Assembly: GCA_025558095.1 (NCBI GenBank)
Contig: JAIVFI010000035.1
Coordinates: 186,001-250,000, forward strand
Reading direction: 5' to 3'
Source: Hyaloraphidium curvatum SAG 235-1
Taxonomy: Eukaryota; Fungi; Monoblepharomycota
Length of the DNA: 64,000 bases
The translations under genes and the position numbers were made by a program. The notes beneath the pieces were generated by a model, which ran no database searches, was not told where the DNA came from, and was given only the letters and a program-made list of their open reading frames with translations. Below are positions 47,486-57,512 of this stretch, in pieces (within the stretch, counting starts at the first letter, position 1; each line of letters opens with the position of its first letter).

Positions 47486-50071
47486 TTACCGGCGCCTGTA
47501 GTTGCGAGAGAACATCAAGCCCGCCAAGGTCATCAATGCGTAGAACGTGAAGAGGGCAACGTTCTGGTTAAGGTAAAGAAGGGAGAAATCAGCTCCGGCC
47601 GACCCCGCGGCGACAACGACACCAACCACTCCATAGGCGACGTTCGTCGTTGCCGGGTTGCTGGGCGTGAGGCCCGCAGTGTTGTTGAGGAACTCGCGAA
47701 TCTGCCCGGTCGGGCAGTAAAAGGCTGGGGAGAAAGCCGTGGGGTTCGCAAGGCTCTGGGAGAAGACGGCCGAGGCGTTCGAGCGGACCGAGCCACCGCC
47801 CAGGGCCTGTGTGAAGACCGCGGGGTTCGTGAAGTTGGCCCCTGCCCTACTCAGCGGGGCGATGGCGTTGGCGATCGCGAGCGCGTTGGCCTGGCCGGCA
47901 GCGATGGTTTCCGGGGTGATGCCCGGAATTCGGTTCAAGAGCAGGCTGGCCGTCATGCCCTGGACACCTTGCCAGAAAGTCGAGACGCCGACGGCGTTGG
48001 AGGGGTCTGCGACGAAGGTAGCGTTCATGGCTTGGATGAAGCCGCCCGAGACGGGCACGGTGAAGACGGTCGAACCCGTAGTCGGGCACTCGATATACTG
48101 GTCCTTCATCACGTTCCAGATCTGCGGGCAAAAGAAGTAAGCAATGACGAAGCCCCGCAAAAGAAGTAAGCAATGACGAAGCCACTCGGCTAGTGCCTTC
48201 GATACTCACCACGAACTGCGAGCACCATCGCCAATGGTTGATGTCGGCGATCCAGCGGAGGCCGTTGGACACGTCGGCCAGGGGGGCCTGGGCCCCAGAG
48301 AAGGCGTAGAACACGAGCCCGGACGCCCAGAGGGCGGTGAAGGCCTGCACGAGGGTCTTGCTCCAGCTGGACCATGCCTGCACGACGGCGACGGCGAGGA
48401 AGGCTTGCAGGAGGAGCATGGGGTAGATGGCACCAAAGGCGCTGGTGGGCAGGCCGGCCATGAAGTAGATAATGATCACTGGATGTGCGATCGATGAGGA
48501 TGTAAAGTTCGAAGCGTGCCTTGCCAACTCACCCTGCAAGGTGTTGATGACGAGAGTGAACATGCCCTCGATCAGCAGATAGGTGATCCAGTACGGCGGG
48601 GTCGAGTAGAACGCCGTGTCGAGCTCCTGGAGGTAGAGTTCGCGATCCTCGAGGAACTGAGGCACCGCAGCGCCGGAGACGAAGATGGCGAGGAAACCGA
48701 ACGAGGTGCAGACCGACAGCGTGTTGCGGAGACCCGAGATGTCGTTGGTCAGCTGCAAGTACGGTGTCAGAGCCGGCACGTAGCATCAATCATGGCCATC
48801 CATACCTTGTAGAAGAGGCCGCCGAAGAGCAGCGCCAGAATGAGGAACATGATGGATCGGCCCCACGAGGTCGAAGGGTTGCGCCAATAGCGCAACAGGC
48901 ACCGGGCTCCGACAAGCTTGATCTGATCCCACCAGGGACGCTCGACAATGTGCTCCGAGTACCGCACCGGGGAGTAGCTCTGAGCCTTGAGCCGCTCGAC
49001 CTCGGCGACGTTGGCACTGTTGAGCGGCGACTTGTCGTAGTACTCGGCGGCGGCCATCGCGTTGGCCTGGACAACGTCCACTAGACGGAAAATGAGCATG
49101 GGAACCGGGTGAGCAGGGAGGTTTGTTCTCACGGTAGTGCTCAATCGGGTTCTGGAGCTTAGGCGTGGGGTAGCCCATCGTGGAGAAATACGACTCGATG
49201 GCGGCGACGGGGCCAAAGTAGCAGGTCCGGCCCTCGGCGAGGATGAGCGCGTTGTCGAACAGCTTGAAGACGGCTTCCGAAGGCTGGTGGATGACGATGA
49301 TCACGCAGACGTTCTCCGACTTGACGTACTTGAGCACGAGCTCCATGGTGAAGCGCGCGCCAAAGTCGTCGAGGCCGCTGCATGCCAATGTCAGCTCTTG
49401 GTCTAGTCGGGCACCACGATGAGCGATCAACCCACGAAGTCGGCTCGTCGAGGAAAAGCATCCTCGGGCGGGCGATCATCTCGGTGCCGACCTCGGTGCG
49501 CTTCTTCTCGCCAGACGAGACGCCGCGGATGAGCTCGTCGCCCACGGGCGTGTTCTGGGCGTTGGTGAGCTTGAGGCCGGCGATGACCTCGTCGACGCGG
49601 GCGATGCGCTCCTCCTTGGTCGAGTTGCGGGGCATGCGGCACTCGGCGGCAAACATGAGGGTCTCGCGGACCGTCATCGTGGGGATGTGCGCCATCATGG
49701 TGGTGATCTGCCCGAGCCGCTTCTTGAAGAAGGCGTCCGGCTTCTGGCCGTTGACGAGCACTTCGCCGGTGATTTGGCCCAGCGACTTGCGCTGCGACAG
49801 GATGTCCACGAGCGTGGTCTTGCCGGCGCCGCTGGCCCCGAGGATGGCCAGGGATTCGCCCGGGCGGGCGAAGCCGGTCGCGTCCACGAGGCTGTGGACG
49901 ACCTTCTGCTCGCCCATGCCGAGGAAACCCTGGGAACCGCGGGCGAGGACGAGCGTGAGACAAGCCGGAACATCCCCGGGAACGTGTCGAAAGCGCTCTC
50001 ACCCCCGACTTGAGGCGGCAGTTGACCTTCTCCCATGTCAGGGTGTAGCCTACCGGGGGTTCGGTGGCCAT
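47486..50071 (-). CDS. ABCG (White-type) half-transporter A with large ectodomain
   Basis: NBD-TMD order. Walker A GASGAGKTT, signature VSSGEKKR, Walker B LFLDEPTSGLD, H-loop IHQP, NPIEHY, six-TM region, ~170-aa loop before the last TM; ends NYRRR. Confidence 0.93.
48128..48183. repeat. Perfect 27-bp tandem duplication (period 29) inside an intron
   Basis: GCAAAAGAAGTAAGCAATGACGAAGCC occurs at 48128-48154 and 48157-48183. Confidence 0.95.
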
Positions 50072-50382
50072 GGTGACGTACGAGGACTAGCACGGCGAGA
50101 GGTGCGGGGATTGTACGAGATTGGCGAGACTCGGAGAACCTCTGTCCCGACTCCAGACACCTTCACAACGGCAGCCCAGCCCAATGTGTGGCGATGGCCG
50201 TACTCGCTCAGGGAATTCCTACCCCCCCGGGTCGGAATGTCTCCCCCCCCCCACAGCCACATGGCTTTGCGCATCGGAGTTCGGGAACCCCCTCCAGTTC
50301 ATCCGGTTCCGGTCACAGCCGCATAGTGTGGGTGCACTTGCGACTACTCTCGTGACGTGCGCAACGAGGAGCGCGCCTCGCT
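50072..50382. promoter_or_regulatory. Putative bidirectional promoter between the two ABCG genes
   Basis: 311 bp between divergent ATGs (50071 and 50383). Opposed CCAAT boxes (ATTGG ~50120, CCAAT ~50181), GTGACGT at both ends, CACATG ~50258. Confidence 0.6.
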
Positions 50383-53318
50383 ATGTCGCAGGTGGGTGCC
50401 TTCCTCGTCGTTCGCCGGGGGCGGGACCGCTGACGCGCGTCATCTCTCCGCACGTGCTTGCCGAACGCTGGGCGACACCCAGACGGAAATCGCGCTGCCC
50501 TCCGCGAACGTCGCGATGGAGGCCGTGCCGAGCGAGGCGAAAATTGCTTCGGCGGAGGCGTCGATCGAGTTGCCCAAGGCCAGCGACAAGATTGCGCGGC
50601 TGTCCAGCTGGGCCGTCACGGACCCGAACCAGTTGAACCCCGCTTTCTTCTCGTTCAAGGACATTTCTTGCGTCCTGAAGGTCGACCGGAAGCCGAAGGT
50701 CCTCCTGGACCTGGTCTCGGGCTACTGCAAGGTGGGACTCCCCAACACGCGTCCGGAACCACCGCTCACAACTTCCTACCTTCCCCTGCCCCCTTCTATC
50801 GCCTCTAGCCGGGCGAATCGCTTGCCATTATGGGTCCCTCGGGCGCTGGCAAGTCGACTTTGCTCGACATTCTTGCCTTCCGGAAGACCACCGGCAAATG
50901 GACTCAGGACGTCAGGCTCAACGGCGCTCCGCTCACCAAGCGCAGCTTCGTCCAGCAATCGGGCTACGTGACCTCGGACGACCTGCTCACCCCCGAGCTG
51001 ACCGCGATCGAGATGCTCCGTTTCGGTGCCGCCCTCCGCCTGCCCAAGGACTACTCCGAGGCCCAGCGGGAGGCGAGGATCAGGGACGTGCTAGAGGTCA
51101 TGCGGCTGACCTACTGCGAGAACCGGAGGATCGGATCTGCGCTCCAGCGCGGCCTGTCGACCGGCGAGCGGAAACGCCTCAACGTCGCCATGGAGCTTTT
51201 GCCCGTCGTCTCGGTGCTCTTCCTCGACGAGCCCACGACCGGCCTCGACTCCAACACCGGCCGCGAGATCATCGCCAACGTCATTGAAGTCACCCGCCTG
51301 CGCAAGCTCGCCTGCGTTGCGACGATCCACCAGCCCTCGTACACCATCCTCTCGCAGTTCGACTATCTCCTGCTGCTGGCTCAGGGCAAGTCGTGCTACT
51401 ACGGACGCGTGGCGGACGCCATCCTCTACTTCGAGTCGCTCGGCATCACCGTCGCCGGCAACCCCGGTAAGCCCGTCTCGAATCTCAAGCGTCAACATCG
51501 CTCACCGATCTCCCTTGCAGCCGAGATCTACGCGGATGCCATGGCGGCGCAGCCCGACCGGCTAATCGAGGCCTGGGAAGCCTCGGACGAGAAGAACATC
51601 CTGTCCAAGAAGGTCGAGGCCATTCACTCGGGCCAAGGATCCATCAACGAAGTGGTCGCCAGGGTCGAGGAGCCCAGCTTCGCTGATCGGCTTGGCTTCT
51701 ACCAGGTGATTCCTCGCGCTCTCTCGTCCGTCATGCACCAAAGCTAATGCTGCCCACCAAAACAGAACGCACCACTCTACATTCAGTTCTGGCAGCTCCT
51801 CAAGCGGCAGATGCTCGTGTACTTCCGCAACCCGGTCATGTCGCTCTCACGGTTGATCGCCGCGGTCGTCGTCGGTCTTTTCTTCGGCGGCGCTTTCTGG
51901 CAGCTCCCGCGCACCATCGGTGGCTACGCCAACAAGGCCACCGAGGGCTTCGCCGTCAAGCTCATGGTACCCGGTTTCGGGTCGGCCGCCATCGCCTACT
52001 GGCTCGAGAAGCGCAAGCAGTACTACCACGAGGAGTCCGCAGGCTACTACCACCGTTTCGCCCACATCGTGGTCATGTTCTTTGTCGAATGGCTCTTCAT
52101 CTCGGCGATCATGGTTCGTGGCCGTGCGGTGATTCCATGGACGTTTCTGACACCACCTCGGCATGCAGTCGGTTGCGATCGGGATTATGCTCCCGATGTC
52201 TGGATGGCTCAGTTCCAACATCGGGCGCTACATCGGCTACATGATCTGCGAAGCCTTCGCCTCGACGGCCATCAACATGCTCTGCGCGTACGCCGCGGCG
52301 TCGATCCCCTACGCCAACTCGCTCTTCACGTAAGCTTGCTTCCTTTGCGCTCATCTCGGCGATTCTGACATCGTCGCAGGCTGCACTACTATTACTCTAT
52401 CCTCCTGGGCGCCTGGTACATCACCGACCAGTTCCTCTTCTTCCGCCACCCCAGCGTCAAGGCCTTCTGGCAGTGGTTCTCGTACACCCGCCTTTGGTTC
52501 GTCACCTCGATCCGCGACGAGTTTAGCGGCCAGCCGTGCACCTGCAATGCCGACGAGGCCTTCTCCTTCGACCTGACGGGCATCAACGTCCGCTCCGTCG
52601 GCGGCGCCGCCAAGAACTACACCCTGCAGGCGGGCGCCAACAGCCCCTCGATCGTCGGCGCCCTCAACTCGTTCGGTCTCTGGTCCGACGCCCCCGCGGC
52701 CGTCAACAGCTCCATCAACCAGTTCTGGCAGACTGCCCTCGGCGTGCAGACGCTCGAGGGTGCCTTGCTGATCGCCCGCGGCGCCAACAACCCGCCGAGC
52801 GTGATCAACAACCTGCAGACGATCGCCACCGTCGCCCGCGGCCTGTACGCCCAGGCTGCCGGCATCCCGCCCACGGACGCGGCCGCCGTCAACCGGAGCA
52901 TCGAGCTCTCGGCCGCCGCGGCCTCGATGATGGGCTACGCCAACTTCCTCGCGGCCAACCCCATCCCCAACAGCCCGCCGACGTGCTTCTACCCCAACGG
53001 TGACGCTGTGCTGCAGAATTACGTCGCATTCGACTGGTTCATCCTCGGGCCCGGCGGGGCGACCGACATCATCGGGTTCGGCATCGACCACTTCCGGACG
53101 ACATCCACCGGGTGCGTCACTCCGCAGCGCTGCTCATGCGCCCGATCTGATTGCTTTTGCTCTCTGTAGGTTCTACATGGGCGTCGCCTTCATCACCGGC
53201 GCTGGCTGGTTCCTGCTGGCGTACTTGTCACTCTGGCTCTGCAACTTCCGGTTGGTTTTTCGGCCGCCATCCTATCTGCGAGACCGTTCATCTCCCCCAT
53301 CCGCACAGGCAAAAGTAA
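50383..53318 (+). CDS. ABCG (White-type) half-transporter B with large ectodomain
   Basis: MSQ micro-exon plus intron 50392-50482 (inferred). Walker A GPSGAGKST, signature LSTGERKR, LFLDEPTTGLD, IHQPS, TMD, ~190-aa loop CTC...CFYPNGDAVLQ; ends NFRQK, TAA 53316-53318. Confidence 0.93.
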
Positions 53319-53694
53319 ACGGCTGCCGAAGCTGCCTGCTCGTAGGAGATTGCCGTGTACATGGATTAGTGAATGTGATTCGCATTCCGGTCGAACTCTT
53401 GCAGTCCATCCGCCAACAATCACAAATGTACGTCCTCTTCGTGTTTTCCCGCGTGGATTGGCGCCCACGTCGGGTTGAGAGCGGCCCGGGAGGGGGTGGT
53501 CGGCTCGGACTCCAGCCACCTCAAACAACTGGTCCCCAACGGCACCTCGTCCCGCGGCTCCAGTCGGACACGGCGTGGCCTGCGGCTGCTGCAGCGCGCT
53601 CCTTTTGCGGCGGGCCACCCGATCTCCGGCGTGTTTGAGCGGCGGAGGGCGTCCCGCACCGGCGCCGCGCACCTGTCAACTGTCAACCGCCGCC

Positions 53695-54924
53695 ATGGAT
53701 TTCGACGGCGACGGCGACGGCGGCGACTTCGACGGCGGGCGCGGGCGGCGCGCGCCTTCGCCGGGCACGGCCGAGCGGCGCAAGCTGCACCACTCGGCGA
53801 TGGAGAAGGAGTACCGCAAAATCGTCAACGGCTGCCTCGACGAGCTGCGCGGCCTCGTGCCCGGCTGCCAGCCCGGCGAGGACGGCCGCCCCGCGAACAA
53901 GGCAGAGGTGCTGCAGCGCACCGTGGCGTACATAAAGCACGTGCAGGCCGGCGGGGTGCCCGACGCGGACGAGGCGCCGCCCACGCCGGTGCTGCAGCGC
54001 AAGCGCAAGCCGAAGCTCAAGCACGCCGCAAGGAAGGCGTCGGCGACGGACTCGGACGCCTCGCCCTGGGCCAGTCAGGCGTCGATATCGCCGCTCGAAG
54101 CAGCGGCCGGCCAGCAGGCTCAGGCCCACGGCCAGCTGTCGCCCGCCGCCGCGAGGCTCTCGCGCTCGCCGTCGCAGCTGCGCATCCAGGCGGTGCCAGT
54201 GAGCCCGATGGCCCGCTACGCGTCTCCGCAGCCGGTGGCCGCGGCGCATGACGTCAAGTACTCGATGGAGCTGCTCCCCAGCCTCTCGGTGCCCGGCGTG
54301 GCCACATTGCCGATCGGCCTGCCGGCATCGCTGCCCATGCACCTATTCGACCCGACCACGGGCCAGGTGCTGGTCGTCGAGTACTCCCCCAGCACGCCCC
54401 GCACCGCCGTGCACCCGGCCACGGACCACGCCGTCGACCTCCTCACGCAGTTCGCGCGGGCCGACGCCCAGGGTACCGCGCAGCTGGCCGACATCGTGCA
54501 GAACAATGCGCTGCTCTCGCCCGGCCGGACCTTCCGCTCCTCCGTCTCCGAGGCCGACCTCACGACGACGCTCATGATGACGCAGCAGGGCGGGATGCCC
54601 GAACCGAGGCCGGCAAAACGGCGCAGGCCCGCGCCGTCGCCGTCCATGGGTGTGCCGCCGCAGAACTTTTTGCGCCAGTCGATCTCGGTGCCCAACGACC
54701 TGGGGGCGCAGATGGACGGCCGCGGGTTCGTTGCGCCAGCGGGGACCCAGCAGGCGCGCAGGCACGTCCCCGGTGCGGCGTCGCACTACGACTATGGCGC
54801 GTACCACCAGGAGCAGGGCGAGCTGCAGCAGATCGCGATGGAGGGGGACGAGTTCTTCCACATGGAGCACAGCGAGAACGAGCACCCGAGCGGCGGCGGG
54901 AGCTATTATGGCGGGGACCAGTGA
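53695..54924 (+). CDS. bHLH transcription factor of SREBP type (Tyr at basic position 12), no TM segments; intronless
   Basis: ERRKLHHSAMEKEYRKIVNGCLDELRGLVP..NKAEVLQRTVAYIKHV, compared with SREBP HNAIEKRYR. Confidence 0.85.
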   Translation: MDFDGDGDGGDFDGGRGRRAPSPGTAERRKLHHSAMEKEYRKIVNGCLDELRGLVPGCQPGEDGRPANKAEVLQRTVAYIKHVQAGGVPDADEAPPTPVLQRKRKPKLKHAARKASATDSDASPWASQASISPLEAAAGQQAQAHGQLSPAAARLSRSPSQLRIQAVPVSPMARYASPQPVAAAHDVKYSMELLPSLSVPGVATLPIGLPASLPMHLFDPTTGQVLVVEYSPSTPRTAVHPATDHAVDLLTQFARADAQGTAQLADIVQNNALLSPGRTFRSSVSEADLTTTLMMTQQGGMPEPRPAKRRRPAPSPSMGVPPQNFLRQSISVPNDLGAQMDGRGFVAPAGTQQARRHVPGAASHYDYGAYHQEQGELQQIAMEGDEFFHMEHSENEHPSGGGSYYGGDQ

Positions 54925-55056
54925 AGGAAAAAGGGGAGCGAGTTGAGGGCAGTCTGCCCGCTGCCGTTATTCGTTGCGAGATACCATGGCACCAGGGCCC
55001 AGCATACCATGTATGTCAGTTCGAGTCTTGACACAGTGAACCCCGACTCCTCGCTG

Positions 55057-57336
55057 CTACGATATCGTCCCTGAGCCCATCCGCAGCTCCGCAGGCCCCG
55101 CTGCCGAAGAGTCCAGCATCGCCAGCACCTCGTCCGGCACGATCGGCACCCTCGCGATGCTCTTGCCCGCGCTCCCCGACCACCCCCCGTCCGTCCTCGC
55201 CAGCGCGGGCATCTTGAACGGCAGGTAGAACTCCGGGTCGAACCTGTCCCGCAGGGGATCCTCCTCCTCCATCCCCCCGCCCCTTCCCCCCCGGCTCCCG
55301 CGCTGGAGTTCCAGCGCCGCGCAGCAGTGCTCCACGTACTGCTCCACCTCGTCCGCCACCCGCGGCTCCCCCGCCTCGTAGCGGTACTGCGCCATCGCCC
55401 TGCGCACCTGCGGCATCGTCAGCCCGCCCTGCTGCGCCGGCGCCGCGGGGCTGAGCACCCCGCCGCCGGGGGACATGGGGTCCACGAAGGTGCCCTGCAC
55501 TTCGAGGAACGAGTCCAGGTCCGAGAGGGTGGACATGGCCTGGAGGAGCTGCAGGAGGCGCTGGCACGGCTGCAGCAGGCGGAGGAGGCCGAGCTTGCGC
55601 TCGGGGAGGGCGCCGGCGTTGCCGCGCACCCATTCCTCCAGAGCCGAGAGGTTCAGACCGGCCTGGACGGCGCGGTGCCGGGTGCAGTAGTCGGGCGTGT
55701 CGACGACGAGGTTGAAGGTCCAAGCCGAGAGGAAGTAGAAAATCTGACGGAAGACGAGGTGCACCGTGGTCCGGTGGACCTTTTGCAGGCGGAGCACGAA
55801 GAGGATCGAGTTGAGGATGGAGATGACCATGGCCGGCGACGGCTGCGGAAAGGCGCGGCCCTCGGCGGCCTCGAGGGCCGCGATCACCCCGCGCGGGGGC
55901 TCGCGCGGCTTGATGGCCATGCGGCGGGCAAGATTCCCGCGGCGGCCGTCGTACTGCGGGCGTTCGAGGGGGATGGCCTCGTGCTGCAGGATGCACTCTT
56001 CCAGGACGAGGGCCAGGCGGCGCTGCGCGTTGCGCACCACCATGAGGTAAATGTCCCCGCACAGCTCGGCGAAGCGCGCCTGGAAGGTGGCCGTAGCCAC
56101 GGAGAGCTCCAGGTCGCGCTTGAGGTAGTAGACCAGCTGGGTAATCTGGGCCAGCCAGTGGCACAGGTGGTTCAGGTCGTCCCGGTGCTCGTTCAACGCC
56201 AGGCAGATCTTCTGGCCCGCCGCGTCGAGCAGCGCGTCAAGGAGGTCGCCGCCGTGGTAGTAGTGCGCGTAGCGGGCGGCCAGGTACAGCACGTTGGCGG
56301 GTATCGGGACGGCGTCTTCGGGCCTGTCGGTCCCGGCGCCGGCGCCGCGGCGCACCCGAAAGGGCATTATTCTCCGAACGAGCACGTCCATGATGTGCGG
56401 GATATCCTTGGGCGAAAAGACAAACATCTGGTCCGGCAGGCACTTGGTGAAGTCAAAGGCTGGCGACCCGTTGACCGTCATGGCCGTTATCGAGGAAACG
56501 ACGGTGCCCTCGTCGTCGGAAAACTCCAGTTTGTCCATTCCCGTGCTATCGTCCATCGAGCCGTCGCCAATGTGCCCTCGCGGCGTCTCGGGCTCGTCCG
56601 CAGCGCCCTCCAGCAGATCGCGAAGCTCCGGGTCGTCGCCGGCAAAGTCGCGCACCGTCCGCCCCCGCGCCGTCTGCTTCGCCGCCGACGCGTTGAAACG
56701 CAGCAGCACGCGGCACACGGACGCGTGCCGGTTGTTCGCGGCCCAGATGAGCGGCGTCCAGCCGTCCGCGTCGGGGACGTCGGGGTCGGCGCCGTGCAGC
56801 AGCAGCTCCTGCGCGGCGCCCGTGTGGCCGTAACACGCCGCGAGCACCAGCGGGGTGACGCCGTCGGCATCCGGCATGTTCGGGTCGGGTCGCGGGGCGG
56901 CCTCGAGCAGGTTGCGGATGCGCACGGCGTCGCCATCCGAGGCGGCGCGGGTCAGGGCCCGCTGGAGCTGCGCGGGCTGCAGCCACTCGGGCACGGCGTC
57001 GTCGTCGAGGATCAGGCCGTCGATGGCGCCCGAGGCGTGCACCATCATGGGCGACGAGGGTTCATCGAGTCTCGACAGGGAAAGTTTCGCAAGGTACGCT
57101 GCGACGGGGTTCGAGTGGGGCGTCGAGGGCGTCGACGGCGTGGCGGGAGGCGTTTCTCCCCCGCTGTCCAGCGCGCTGAGCGAAGCAGGCTTTCTGGCAG
57201 ACGCCGCCGACAGCAGCGGGGAGCCCGCAGGAGAGGGTGACTGGCCGCCGAGCTGCGTCGCCGAGGAACCCCGCCCGACTGTGCCGTTGAGCCGCCCCCT
57301 CGGGTCCTCCATATGAGACCGGAATGTCACGCTCAT
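55057..57336 (-). CDS. Ankyrin-repeat plus DIL (dilute) domain protein (YPR089W-like)
   Basis: Ankyrin GVTPLVLAA, GWTPLIWAA; FDFTKCLPDQMFVF, PANVLYLAARYA; DIL region QIFYFL..FNLVV..C..AVQAGLNLSALEEW, QLLQ, QYRYEAGE. Confidence 0.88.
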   Translation of the reverse strand: MSVTFRSHMEDPRGRLNGTVGRGSSATQLGGQSPSPAGSPLLSAASARKPASLSALDSGGETPPATPSTPSTPHSNPVAAYLAKLSLSRLDEPSSPMMVHASGAIDGLILDDDAVPEWLQPAQLQRALTRAASDGDAVRIRNLLEAAPRPDPNMPDADGVTPLVLAACYGHTGAAQELLLHGADPDVPDADGWTPLIWAANNRHASVCRVLLRFNASAAKQTARGRTVRDFAGDDPELRDLLEGAADEPETPRGHIGDGSMDDSTGMDKLEFSDDEGTVVSSITAMTVNGSPAFDFTKCLPDQMFVFSPKDIPHIMDVLVRRIMPFRVRRGAGAGTDRPEDAVPIPANVLYLAARYAHYYHGGDLLDALLDAAGQKICLALNEHRDDLNHLCHWLAQITQLVYYLKRDLELSVATATFQARFAELCGDIYLMVVRNAQRRLALVLEECILQHEAIPLERPQYDGRRGNLARRMAIKPREPPRGVIAALEAAEGRAFPQPSPAMVISILNSILFVLRLQKVHRTTVHLVFRQIFYFLSAWTFNLVVDTPDYCTRHRAVQAGLNLSALEEWVRGNAGALPERKLGLLRLLQPCQRLLQLLQAMSTLSDLDSFLEVQGTFVDPMSPGGGVLSPAAPAQQGGLTMPQVRRAMAQYRYEAGEPRVADEVEQYVEHCCAALELQRGSRGGRGGGMEEEDPLRDRFDPEFYLPFKMPALARTDGGWSGSAGKSIARVPIVPDEVLAMLDSSAAGPAELRMGSGTIS

Positions 57337-57512
57337 CGCGGCGAGAGGCCTTTCCTAACCCCGCCAAACGGGAGGAATGCCAGATCGCGGGGACCCGCAA
57401 CTGCGCTGAGCCCGCGTGACAAGGGATTCGAACAGCTCTCCAAGGACAGCTTCGTCGAGGTAGGCGCGCTGCAGCTTGCGCGTAGCGCCGCCGGGACCTG
57501 AGCGGAGCAACG

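Noticed and set aside
50100-50112. SRE-like element in the ABCG promoter
   Set aside because: Reverse strand reads AATCCCCGCAC, too distant from ATCACCCCAC to claim in GC-rich DNA.
57420-57440. GTTCGAATCC on the minus strand, resembling a tRNA T-loop/B-box
   Set aside because: The flanks do not pair into a T-arm and no cloverleaf can be built.
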